Origin: Proteromonas lacertae
Lineage: Eukaryota
Reading direction: 5' to 3'
Assembly: GCA_002245135.1 (NCBI GenBank)
Contig: NGBS01000314.1
Span: 1-64,000, forward strand
Length of the DNA: 64,000 bases
A program made the position numbers and the translations under genes. Position 1 is the stretch's first letter. Every line of letters begins with the position of its first letter. Shown piece after piece: positions 42,843 through 55,637 of the stretch. The notes below the pieces were generated by a model. It saw only the letters and a program-made list of their open reading frames with translations, had not been told where the DNA came from and did no database searches.

Positions 42843-43697
42843 TTAGTCATCAAAATCAAATCCAACTATTCGATAATATAAATCGACAAAACCTTTAAAT
42901 GACAGTAATTGGTATTTACTCTTCTTCTAGTTTTTATATTATTATGATTTATATATAATATTATACATAATAGATTTGGTCAATTTTAGGTAAAGATTTT
43001 CTTTTCAGTAAATCTTCTTTCATTTCTTCCTGTAAAATATAAGGTAAACATTTATATTCACCAGTTTCTTTAAGTACTACCTAAATGGTTTATTTATTAA
43101 TTAACATTATGTATATTATACTTGGTGATAAGGATCATTTGGCTTATATACTAATTTACTTCTATCATTATATTTATAAATAGTACAAATATACTGTATT
43201 TCATTAGTATCTAAAGGTATATTCTCATAGTCGTTTATGTTTACTTGAAAATTTGAACCAATTGGAGTCTATAATAGTATACATATATATATAGAGTTTT
43301 ATACTATTCCAGCATGACTTTTTGATGTCATTAATCGTTTTTTCTATTATATAAACAAAATGTAATACACTACAAGCAGGAGGTTTTAGTTTAAACATCA
43401 ATTCATTCATCTCATTTTGTAGTTTCAATATAGCATCATGATAAAATTTCATTCTTTCAGGATTATCTAGATCTTCCACTCTTAGTTCACTTAATTCTTG
43501 AACTAAATGAAGCATTTTCTATTATTTCTATCATTAAAATATATACATTCACATAAGGTTTGCTCTCTATCACATAATTGTCTTGTTCATCGTCTTCTTC
43601 CATCTCTAAATCAAATTCAAAATATGAATACCCGACAACCGCCAAGCTTTTCACACAAACTGTAACTTTTAAAGAATATTCTAAACAGTTTTACCAT
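42843..43697 (-). CDS. Multi-exon hypothetical protein
   Basis: ORF 43225..43515 plus short GT..AG-joined exons ending GFDFDD*. Start uncertain (43603 or 43697). Confidence 0.45.
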
Positions 43698-43721
43698 CGA
43701 TTAATTATATATTTGTATAGA

Positions 43722-46376
43722 ATGGATGCATTATTATGTAATTTTTGTGGATTACAGAATGACTGTGATGATTTAGGACTGTTATATGAATCAAAATATA
43801 AGGAGTATTCATTGTCTATATATAAATAGTCATAGAATCATTTTTTATCATCTAGACTGTGTACAGTGGTCAAAAGATGTTCTTAAATTCACAAAAGGCA
43901 ACAAAGATTTATATGTCTTTAATTTATATGAGTTTTCAAAAAGAATTAAATGTCATTACTGTAAAAGAGCTTGTCCAACTGTATTTATAAATCACAGTGA
44001 GTATATTCATTTATTACTATTCTATGAATAATAGTGAAGAATTATTTTATCATTATATCTGTTTAAAGAAAAACCATACTGAAATTCCACAATCATTGTT
44101 TATTCATTCTATAAACTTTAAAAAATCCTTAGCGAAATCAATGCAATGTACTAATAATGACTCAAATAATACTAGTTCAATATCTACTACTCAAAATATA
44201 GAGAAATGTATACTAAATTGTTATTATTTAATATATGTAGATTCTGATAGTGATGATGATAATGAGCTAAATAATCATTCAGAAAGATTAACAACACAGT
44301 CAAATATCAATTCATATTCTCATAATAATAATTTACAATCTAAGCGAAGAAATATATCTTATCCAGAAATTGCAATTAACAGAAGAGATTTCGATGATGA
44401 ATTATCATCTTTTGCTGATAGTAGCGACAATGAATCATTATCATCCATATTATCTTCTTCAGAAGATGAGAGATGTTGTGATAATGAAGATTTATTAGAT
44501 TATAGAGACAATTATAGCAATACAACTTCATCTCATTCATCAATTCTACATTCATCATTACCTTCACATTCATTATTACAAACAAATGAGGAGAATAATA
44601 TCAGTAACAATACTAACACTGTTGAAACAAATAATTATGTAAATGTCAATAGTATGATGAATGATACAACATCATCTGTACCATTTTCTGTAGAATGTAA
44701 TTCTGAAAATGAAATGGAAAGAGAATGTGAAAATGAGAATCTATTAGATAATAATGATGATATTAATACAACATCATCTCATTCATCATCACCATCAAAT
44801 GAGAATATTAATAATGATAATTCACATACTGAGATCCCACAATTATCGTCAATAGTTTTAATAAAATCTGTAACAAAATCAAAAAAAACTAGAAGTAGAT
44901 GTATAATTGGATATTATTATAGTATAAATAGATTGTCTTAATTATACTCTTTCTGCTTCTAAGGATCCAAAATCAACAATAACACATTCACCAACAAACT
45001 CTAAATCTTACAAAAGAAAATTAGAGAAATGTATACTTAATTGTTATTATATAATATATATAGATTCTGATAGTGATGATGATTATGAACCAAATAATCA
45101 ACCAAAAAGAGTTAGAAAACACTCAAATATCAATTCAAATTCTCATAAATATAATTTAAGATCTAAATCAAAAAACAAATCTTCATCATATATTACAAAT
45201 AACATGTCATCTTCTGGAAGTGATTTTGATGATGTATTATCATCCTTATCAAATTCTTCTGATGATAACTCTGATAATGACATTGAAGAAGATTATGAAA
45301 ATGAGAATCCAGTAGATAATAATAGTAATACAATATCAACTCATTTATCACCACAATTGCATGTATTATTAACTATACCAGATGATGATAATAATATTGG
45401 TAATAACAATACTACAGTTGAAACAAATAATGAATTATCAAATTCTGCTGATAGTATTGACAAGGAAAGAACATCATCTGTTGAAAATAATTCTAATAAA
45501 GAAATGGATAGAGAATGTGAAAATGAGAATCTAGTAGATAATAATGATAATAGTAATACAACATCATCTCATTCATCATCATCACCAGATTCATTATTAC
45601 CAACAAATGACAACCTAAAAGATATTAATAGTTTTAAAACTATTTCATCATCTCATCATATACAACAAATACAATTACCAAAAAGTAACAAACTTATTTT
45701 AAAAAATCTATTAAATAAATACAAAAATATTATTAATACTAACAATATTAATTGTAATGATGATGATAATATGAACAATAATAAAATTCAAACTCAGAAC
45801 CATTTATATAGTTCATCCAATGATTATTCATCTACAGTTATTAATATTACACACCAAAATGATATATCTATTATCAATTCTAATAACGATTTAAATTCAA
45901 AATACACTTTACCAGTTAAAATAACAAGAAATAATAGATTTCTTACAGATGCATTATTCATTAGTGTTTCTGGACCTAATTTTATTGATTATCTTCGTTT
46001 CAGTACAGATATAACAATACCAATAGATAAAGCATTATCTGATTCTGATTTCATTCAAATATTAGATACTTTGATGTTGACAAAAGTTAATTTGATTAAA
46101 CTATATATTCCACAATATCATAATAAGAATAAATTAAAAGTTATACTTTCTATATTTATAACTACACATCTGGTTGGTTATTTGGATTATGATGATGAGT
46201 ATGAATTATTTATTATTCCAAATGACATACATTCATTGGCACATGCAAAATTTCATTTCTTAATTGACAGATATATGATAGACGGTTCAGTTGTTCCAGC
46301 TTGGATATTGTTAGTAAGTAAAGAACGCGAATTAGTAACTTCTACAAATACTACTACTATCAATAACAATAACTGA
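43722..46376 (+). CDS. Protein with an N-terminal extended PHD-like finger, a duplicated Ser/Asn/Asp-rich middle and a possible C-terminal SPOC-like domain
   Basis: CNFC...HLDCVQWS...CHYCKR...YHYIC; C-terminal LVGYLDYDDEYELFIIP...WILLV. Confidence 0.5.
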
Positions 46377-46740
46377 TATATTGTTTGAGATTATTAAATG
46401 ATACAAGTTTAACAATTTCAACATGGCTTTCTAATTGGGTGATAGATACATTTTATACACTTATATTATAAAATTATTCTCCTTCTCTTTTAAAAAATGT
46501 TTTTATTGTTATATTAACCTTTTTATTCTCTTATGTATCGATATTTTGATAAAGAAAGTATGTCGATTCATTTAAGCCTCATTAAGGTAATTTACATGTA
46601 ATTATTCTCATAATTACATTTTATCATATTTCATTATACACCATCCCTTATACCTTTTTTAAAATATAGATACAAAAGTAGTATTTTTATCATATATATA
46701 AAATCAACAAGTGAAGTAAAAATGTATGAATATAACTCAT

Positions 46741-48071
46741 CTAACTACACAACCATATATTGATCTTTTCATCAACACCTCCACTCGCTAATACTCGACC
46801 ACTTTTATTAAATTCCATACAAATCCCAAAATTAGTATGAGCATTAGAAATTGTTCGTTTTAAACTTCCATTCATTAAATCCCAGATTTTTATTGATTTA
46901 TCCTCACTGATTGAATACAAATATCTTCCATTTGGATGGATTGACACCTCTCTAACCCAACTTCCATGATCTCTTAAATTATAAATACAAGCTCCATTTA
47001 TTAAGCACCAAACTCGAATACTTTTATCTCTACTACATGAAAATAAAAACATTGGGATATTACTTGGGCTATATTTCATCTTATTATCACTATTTTCATT
47101 TATTCCAACTAATAACATTTGCTCACTCTTTTGGTTAGAAAAACAAACACTTTCTATATTTTGCTCATGACCATATAACGTCATAGTTTTATTCAGTTCA
47201 TGTCCATCTTTTATATTATATATATATATATTATGATCATCACAACATCCAGCTAATATACTCTCATCAACATTAACGTCAATCTATATACAATATAATA
47301 ACATCATATAATATATACATCTCTAACCCATTCTTTACACTCTGTTGAATTTATACATTTACCAACCACTGTTTCCCATACTCTTATTGTTTTATCTCTT
47401 GAACAACTATATAATCTATCATTTCTTAGTATTACTGCACTTACACTATGATCATGACTTTTTAGAGTTTTTATGCATGTATAACTACTTATATCCCATA
47501 TCTTAATTGTTGTGTCGTTTGAACAGCTTGCTAGATTTGTTCCATCTGTATTATAACATACATCATTAATTACATCCGTATGTCCTTTTAATGTCTTTAT
47601 TAATTCATATAAAGTATAATCCCATATTCTAATTACACCATCCTCACCTCCTGAACATAAATGATTATAAGTAGGATGCATTGATAGACAGTTTACTGAT
47701 CCAACATGTCCAACCAATGTTGTTTTTGGATTTTGTGGAATTAATCCTTGATTAATTAAAGATGATTTATTTTCTCCAATAGACACATTTGTAGCACCTT
47801 CCTCTTTCAGTTGCTTTATTTGATTATTCAAGGATTGTATTTGTCCTTGTAATCTTACTATTGCATTCCACTTCTTCATTAATGTATTACCATCCTTCAA
47901 AAATACCTCATGAGCATTAACTGAAGTTAATCCTGCTTCTATTTGAAACATCTCTGCACTTTTAGCGAAATTTGGATTCTCTGATAGATACACTAATATA
48001 GCTTTATTCCTATTATGCTAATAAATTGATAAATTATACAATTCTTGAATCTTCTGTTCACTTAGTGACAT
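46741..48071 (-). CDS. LIS1: Lissencephaly-1 homolog (LisH, coiled coil, WD40; dynein regulator)
   Basis: MSLSEQKIQEL|NKAILVYL, LMKKWNAIVRLQ, and a WD40 array (SCSRDKTIRVWE, DHGSWVR, SISEDKSIKIWD). Confidence 0.88.
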
Positions 48072-48296
48072 TTTTTAAATTTTATAATTATGAAACGGTT
48101 ATATTTTTGAAATCTTTAATCTTTTGCATTTATATATAGATATATAAAATTATACTCAATGTTATATTTTGATTTCACTAATACATAATTCAACCAATAC
48201 AAAAAGCATAAAACAATACACTAAAAGAGTTGTTTAATAAAAAATCCAATTCATATTAATTTAAATAATATTATTAGTAAATAAACAATTACTTCA

Positions 48297-48555
48297 TTAC
48301 TTTTGATCATTTTTATATTTCACATAAATACCACAAGTAGAAATTATGAGAATTACTAGTATAATACTCAAAATCACCTGAAACTATTATTATAAATCAT
48401 ATTTTTTTAATACAGCAAGTACTGAAGAAGCACTCCATCCAGAACACTCATATCCTTCACCACATATAGTTACATCATCACCTACAATATTATGTTAGTG
48501 AGTTTATACACAATATAAATTTTAAAAGTAATATAAACACTATATATACCTTCAT
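48297..48555 (-). CDS. 66-aa single-pass membrane microprotein (three exons; absent from the ORF track)
   Basis: Removing two canonical introns (28 and 30 nt) gives MKVYIVFILLLKFILCDDVTICGEGYECSGWSASSVLAFQVILSIILVILIISTCGIYVKYKNDQK*. Confidence 0.6.
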
Positions 48556-48613
48556 TCCGTTTTTAAAAATATTCAAATTCAAGCCCAAGCTTGGTAATAA
48601 AAACCTTTCTAAA

Positions 48614-49519
48614 ATGAGTAATAATAGAGAAGAGATAGTATTGTGAATATATTTATATAAAGTTAGACTATAGCAGTCACAAGAGAAGAAATTGAAGCCA
48701 TTTATTCACCTCCATCAACAGCAACTACTCAAACAACAGCTGTTACTACACACACAGTGACACCTATTAAATCAACACCTATAGGATCAGAAAAATTAAA
48801 AAATGACCTTTTAGATCTGCAAATAACAATTCAAAAGTTGAAACAGCAAATCGATGTATATAAAATATATTAACATGATGGTAATATATAAATAGGATTA
48901 TAATATGGAGATAAAGAAATATAGTTACATTTTTGATAATTTTAATTACGAACCTTATAAAGATATAGGAAAAGAAGATTTAATAAGAAGAAGCCTAATT
49001 ATAACACAAAAATATATTTCTGAATGTGAAAGAAATAAAGCTTTAGAAGAGAAAATACTTGAATTAGAGGAATTAATAAAAAAGAATGACAATGGAATGA
49101 GAAATGAGGAAGATTTAATGAGAATTATAAAAGAACAAAAGCCAAAAATACTAAAGAAACAGGAACAAGTTAAAAATATACCTAAGTATCAAGAAACAAT
49201 AACAAATCAAGAAGAAATTATCAATAGATTACAGAAAGTATTAGAAAATGATATTTCAAAGGAAGAAGAAGAGTTGAATAAGAGAGATGATATTGTTACA
49301 CGTCATTTAGAGACTATAAGGGCATTGGAAGCATCCATAGCTCAATCCAGTGAGACTAATGGTCAAGAATTAGCTGATCTTCATTTTAAGTTGATGGAAA
49401 AGAAGAATAATCTGATTGAGATGAAGAATAAATATGAAGAAATGAGGTATATATATAATATAATATCATTTCTATACATTCTTAGAGGAAAGAACAATGA
49501 TGGTGATAGTATTTTGTAA
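48614..49519 (+). CDS. Coiled-coil protein of unknown function, multi-exon
   Basis: E/K/Q-rich heptads in ORF 48905..49519; upstream exons from ATG 48614. Confidence 0.55.
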
Positions 49520-49618
49520 ATTAATCATTAATTTACTTTATTTATTGATATTAAATGTATTACTGCAAATATATATATATATATATAAAACAAGCATATA
49601 AATAGTTATAATAATTTA

Positions 49619-50504
49619 TTATGACAAAAACGAACAAGGAATATCTTCATCACTTAATTTTTCAAAAACTGTTACATATTTACTTCCTTTATTTCTTTCA
49701 ACCTTCTTACCTTCCTCCGTAGAATTCATCATCAAATTAACACATTTATCTGAAGAATACTCAGATTCTGGAACAATTCTAAAATTAGGGTGCTTAGTTC
49801 CATGTTCGATATACCAATCATTCAAATCTTTAACATCAGTGATTGTATATATTCTACCGTGTGGTTTTAGGAAATAAGAATACTCTGTTAGTAAAACAGG
49901 ACTAACTATTCTTCTTCTATGATTATTCTCTTTAAAATGAGGATCAGCAAAGCAAATGAATATTTTTTCCAATTGAATTTTATTTATATAGTTTGGCAAG
50001 TATTTCATAGCATTTGTTTTGATGACTGATATGTTTTGATACATATTTGATTCTTTATTTGTGTCTCTGAGATTATCTATTCTATCGTGAACATATTCAG
50101 TCACTTTGTGTCTTATTTCTAAACCTAATATGCATGTTTCTGGAAACTCAGGAGCTAAAGTGACTAACAAACCACCAAATCCACAACCTATATCAAGAAT
50201 TGTGATTTTATCTCCAGCATCTATATCACTAAAATTATTACAAATACCTGGTATGTTTGGATAAAACTCGTTCCATCTCATTTCTTTTGGATTAACAGGA
50301 CTAAGATATAAAAATATATCTTATACTATTCAAATGCGTCATTATGTGATAATGGATTGCAATGGGCTCTTTGACGATAGAATTTCTTCATTGGCCTTCC
50401 GTGAATGCCTATATCTTCCTATATATACACCATAGATCGAACAATGATAATGTAAATACTGTATTTTTGCGCTTTTGTGACTCTGATTCATCTGAATTAT
50501 TCAT
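49619..50504 (-). CDS. TRM8: tRNA (guanine-N7)-methyltransferase catalytic subunit (METTL1/Trm8)
   Basis: PMKKFYRQRAHCNPLS, LDIGCGFGGLL, GLEIR, NAMKYLPN, FADPHFK, TEEGKKVERN. Confidence 0.95.
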
Positions 50505-50633
50505 TATAAGTGAATAAATGCAATTTTCTGATTTTTTCGTCCATTTTTCATTTTTTGAGTATATATGCTTTATTATCACTTATAAAATTCTTTTTTTGCA
50601 TTTTACTATCATATTATCTTTTTATAGTCGACT

Positions 50634-53314
50634 ATGCAGAGTAAAACGAAGAAAGCAGAAGAAAAATCAAGTGATGACTCTTTAGTTGAGACAGTGCAGA
50701 CAGGATTCGTTTCATTTTTTGAATATTTCATTCTTGGACTCATCTGTATCATCGCTTTTGCAGTTAGATTATTTGCTGTTGTTAGATGGGAAAGTGTATG
50801 TTACACTCTATAATATTTGTCATTCTATAGGTTATCCATGAATATGATCCTTATTTCAACTACAGAACAACCAAATTTCTGACTTTTGGAGGATTCTTTG
50901 AATTCTTAAATTGGTTTGACAATCGTAGTTGGTATCCATTAGGACGTGTTGTAGGAGGTACTATTTACCCTGGGTTAATGGCAACAGCAGCTGTAATGCA
51001 TTATCTTCTCAATTTCATAAACATTTCAATCAACGTGAGAAACATGTGTGTGTTTTTAGCTCCAATATTCGCATCAAACTGTGCCATTGCAACATACCTA
51101 TTAATCAAAGAAGCAACAACCAGATCAAACACTGCATTATTAGGAGCAGCATTTATTGCCATTGTTCCATCTTATATCTCAAGATCAGTAGGAGGTAGTT
51201 ATGATAATGAAGGTGTAGCTATCTTTGCATTGATATTCTGCTTCTATTTATGGGTTAAAGCTGTAAATACAGGTAGTTTAATATGGAGTGCAATGTGTGC
51301 ATTATCTTACTTCTATATGGTAGCATCTTGGGGTGGTTATATATTCATTATTAATATTATACCAATATATGTATTAGTAATGATATTAGCAGGTAGATGT
51401 GGTAATAGATTATACACTGCATACAGTGTATTTTATGTATTAGGATCATTATTGGCAATGCAAGTACCATTTGTTGGATTTAATGTAATTCAACAAGCTG
51501 AATGTGCTGCTTCTCATGGTATTTTCATCTTATTACAATGTATATATATTATAATATTATAATATATATATATAGTATATATGTTTACTTCAACATTAAA
51601 AGAGAAATTAACAGATAAATTATTCAATACTTTAGTAAGATTAGTATTCTTAATAATAATTGGATTTGTAGGAGGTGGTTTAATATTCTTACAATTAACA
51701 GGTCGAACTCAATGGACTGGTCGTAGTTTAACATTATTAGATCCAACTTATGCAAAGAAATATATTCCAATTATTGCTTCAGTATCAGAACATCAACCAA
51801 CCACTTGGTCTAGTTTCTTCTTTGATTTACATATTTTAGTTCCTGTAGCTCCATTAGGTCTGTATTTACTATTTGATGAAGTGAGTGATGGTACAATTTT
51901 CCTTATTCTCTATGGAACATTATCTTGGTATTTTGCAGGTGTGATGGTTAGATTAATGTTGACTTTAGCTCCAGCTGCTTGTATCTTAGCATCTATTGGA
52001 TTTAGTGCAGTTTTGAGAAAATTCTCAGCAATAATCAAATACAATGTACAAAGTACTTATAAATCAATGTCTAGAAAAGATAAAAAGAACAATAACAATG
52101 ATGGATCAATATCTAATTCAGAAAATAGTTCAACATTAGTAGCTACAACTGTGATAGGTACAATGGCATTCTTTATGGTATTATATGGATTTCATGCAGT
52201 ATATGTAGCAGCAGAAGCTTACAGTTCTCCTTCAATTGTATTAGCCAGTCGTAGAAGTGATGGAAGTCGAGTAATCTTAGATGATTTCCGAGAAGCTTAT
52301 TATTGGATGAGAATGAATACTGATCCAAATGCTAAATTCATGAGTTGGTGGGATTATGGATATCAAATGGCAGGAATGGGTAATCGAACAGTAATTGTTG
52401 ATAATAATACTTGGAATAATACTCACATAGCTACAGTAGGAAGAGCAATGAGTTCAGCTGAAGATAAAGCATATCCAATCATTCTGAGTTTAGATGTAGA
52501 TTATGTATTAGTTGTATTTGGTGGTTATAGTGGTTATAGTAGTGATGATGTTAATAAATTCTTATGGATGGTTCGAATTGGTGGTGGTGTATATCCTGAT
52601 GAGATTCAAGAACCAAATTACTTTGCTGATGGTCAATATCGAATTGATGCTGGTGCTTCTGAAACAATGAAGAATTGTTTGATGTATAAATTGAGTTATT
52701 ATAGATTTGGTGAAGTTCGAATTCATCCATCAAGACCAGCTGGTTATGATATGGTTAGACAAGCTGAAGTTGGTGTAAAGAATATAAAATTAAGATATTT
52801 TGATGAAGCATTTACCAGTGAACATTGGATATTGAGAATATTTAAAGTGAAAAAACCTGAAAATTTCATTCACACTAATCAATTAGAAAAGAAAGTGAGT
52901 GAAAGTTATAAGATTTATAATGGACGAAAGAATGATGAAGATAATGTGAGAGTGAAATATGTAGGTTGTTATACAGATGAGAATGAATTTAGTGAAGATA
53001 AACAATATATAGGAGGAGCAAGTGGTGCAAATTTCGAATTAGCAAAAGGTGATGCAATTCGAATGAATAAACGATATTTTGGAATAGCTAAAGCATATTC
53101 TGATGGTCATAGTTTCGTATTTAACAAGCTATTAAGTACTCCAGATCGTCCAAAGAACAATGGTGGATGTGAAAGACCTTGCAATGATGATAGATCAAAA
53201 TCGTGTGGTTGTGTAGATAATTTATGTAGTGAAAGCAAACCATCAGGTCAAGATAATAATAGAAGATGGGCAGTTTATGAAGTTGTACCTAATGGTCATA
53301 AGAGAAGAAAGTGA
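50634..53314 (+). CDS. STT3: Oligosaccharyltransferase catalytic subunit STT3 with a C-terminal WSC-like Cys domain
   Basis: VIHEYDPYFNYR, WYPLGR, SYDNE, SVSEHQPT, WWDYG, DNNTWN, DVNKFLWM. Introns about 50796-50830 and 51540-51575. Confidence 0.96.
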
Positions 53315-53674
53315 AAATGAGATTAATTATTATAATTCAAGTTATATTCTTATTTTTTATGTTGACAATACACTTACCATTTCATCTACTCTAGTCAAGT
53401 GATGAAGAAATACTAATCTTCTATTTGAAACTAAAATCAATAATCATCACATTTGCTAAATGATATTGTAAAAACACCCAAGAACTCGACATCTCAGCCA
53501 TATCAAAAAAACTAATCTTTCAAATTTATCAAGAGATATTTATTTGGCTGATTGTATTAGTACATTATTTGAATGACCTAATTGACTTAATATAATTAAT
53601 TAGATATAAGATGGGATAAAAAATGAGTGAAATCAATTAAATACAATTAAATATTTATTAATAGAATAGTTTAA

Positions 53675-54637
53675 ATGAAAAATATACTAATTACAAAAGT
53701 AGTATATATTGTGAAAATTAATTATGAAAATATGACTATTATTTATATTATTGTTGAGATAGTGTTATTGTTATTTTATGATAAAAACTATAATAAAAAA
53801 AAATATAATAACTATTCTCTATTTTATAAATCACTTTATTACTACAACGACAGTGTATTAATTACTCCAAAAATAAAAAAGGAATATTATAAATATGTAG
53901 TAATTACACTATGTAACCCTTACGATATATATAGAAGAATGATACAAAGATACAATAGAAGAATGTTTATGTATTCTACTATGTTTATTTTTGTACTAGG
54001 CTTTAATCATTACAGTTCAAATGTGTATATCGAAAGTAGATTTTACAAAGATATTTTATATTTACATGTGAAAAGTCATTATTTTAATATTACTTTGCTA
54101 TTATTAACATCAATTAATTGGATTAATAATAATGTAAATTATAATTATTTAATCAAATGGGATGTTGACATTGTTGTAAATCTTCCATTATTTTATTTAT
54201 TTATTAATTGTAATAAAAATCTTATACATTATTGCGGATATTTATACAACACAACAAGAATATGCAGAGATAAAAGAAGAATATGTTTTATTCCCAAATT
54301 CGTTTATAAATTCTCATTTATACCATCTTTTGTGGCTAGCGGATTATTAGTATTAAGTAAAAATACTGCTAGAAAAATAAACTATTTTCATAAAAAATAT
54401 AAGTCATATTTGATTAGAGATGACCAATATTTAGGTGTAATATGTAATATATTATCTATAAAACCTCTTTCAATAAATAAATATTATTTTAGAGTAAAGA
54501 AAAAACATTTAAACATTAAATTGATTATAGCATGTCATGTAAATAATATAAATGATTTAAAAGTAATATATTCAAAATTGTATAATTTGTATATCACTTA
54601 TTGTCATAAGCCCATTCACAAAATTTGCAGTTACTAA
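53675..54637 (+). CDS. GT31-family galactosyltransferase-like, intronless, type II anchor
   Basis: IESRFYKDIL, YLIKWDVDIVVN (DxD), PSFVASGLLVLS, RDDQYLGV. Confidence 0.8.
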   Translation: MKNILITKVVYIVKINYENMTIIYIIVEIVLLLFYDKNYNKKKYNNYSLFYKSLYYYNDSVLITPKIKKEYYKYVVITLCNPYDIYRRMIQRYNRRMFMYSTMFIFVLGFNHYSSNVYIESRFYKDILYLHVKSHYFNITLLLLTSINWINNNVNYNYLIKWDVDIVVNLPLFYLFINCNKNLIHYCGYLYNTTRICRDKRRICFIPKFVYKFSFIPSFVASGLLVLSKNTARKINYFHKKYKSYLIRDDQYLGVICNILSIKPLSINKYYFRVKKKHLNIKLIIACHVNNINDLKVIYSKLYNLYITYCHKPIHKICSY

Positions 54638-55637
54638 ATCTATATGTATCTGAGAATCTTTTGTACCATGAGTGAGAATATGAATCTGTCCAAGATATAT
54701 AATTTGATAGAATTGTTTTAGAATTTTCAATTCTTTTAATAAATACTATAACATCTTCAAGACTTTTAAAATTACCCATAACAATAGCACTATGGTTATT
54801 CGGTAGAAATAGATATGCATTTCTTGGTCCGTAATATATTGGAATAGATCCTCCTTCTAAACAGTCATAGAGCTTTTCAGTAGAATAATCTATATCTATA
54901 TCATCTGAAAACAATTGATTGCTATTACTTGTGTGTATTGAATTTTCTATTGCTAAACAGAACTTATACTTCTTTATTATATCAATTTTATTAACACCAA
55001 TAGGCCATTTGTGATTATTCAAGTTCTTACCATAAGAGTCAATATTCAAATGCTTCATCATTTTTGTAACTAATAATGTACGTTTAGGATAGTTTTTTTT
55101 CTGTATATATACTATAGATTTCCTAGACATAAATGATTGAATATTATTTATATTTCTTTTTGCTTTTCTAATTAAATCTATTAATAATTCTTTCATCATT
55201 CCCAAATAAGGCTGCGAAAAGTGATAAGGTGAATAAAACAATCTGTAATCTATACCTCCATAATATTCGCTACTAAAACCAAGGCTAACATTTATCATTT
55301 CTATTTTCCATGAAATTTTTTCAGATGACCATAATAACTTTTTATGTAGGGAGGTGTAATTTTCTTTTGTATAGATAGTCCAAGCATTATATAACACAAA
55401 ATTAATCCTAGATGAATAATTTTTTGTTATTATACATGTTAAATGATTATTACATCTATATACACCTGACTTAAAATGCATTGACCATTTTTTGAAACTA
55501 TTAGCAACTAGAATTGAAATGACAGATGATGTAGAAAAGCAATATATATAATTATATATTATTAACCATAAAATAATTAATAGAATATACAACAAAAATT
55601 TCATATTCTCAATATGGTTATATGACAAAATAAGCAT
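54594..55637 (-). CDS. GT10 alpha-1,3/4-fucosyltransferase, intronless, type II anchor
   Basis: IDSYG, YKFCLAIENS...DYSTEKLYDCL..GSIPIYYG. The true start may be the Met at 55604. Confidence 0.9.
   Translation of the reverse strand: MLILSYNHIENMKFLLYILLIILWLIIYNYIYCFSTSSVISILVANSFKKWSMHFKSGVYRCNNHLTCIITKNYSSRINFVLYNAWTIYTKENYTSLHKKLLWSSEKISWKIEMINVSLGFSSEYYGGIDYRLFYSPYHFSQPYLGMMKELLIDLIRKAKRNINNIQSFMSRKSIVYIQKKNYPKRTLLVTKMMKHLNIDSYGKNLNNHKWPIGVNKIDIIKKYKFCLAIENSIHTSNSNQLFSDDIDIDYSTEKLYDCLEGGSIPIYYGPRNAYLFLPNNHSAIVMGNFKSLEDVIVFIKRIENSKTILSNYISWTDSYSHSWYKRFSDTYRFSNCKFCEWAYDNK

Noticed and set aside
53395..53552. Possible C/D snoRNA (GTGATGA...CTGA)
   Set aside because: No terminal stem or recognisable rRNA guide; such boxes are expected by chance.
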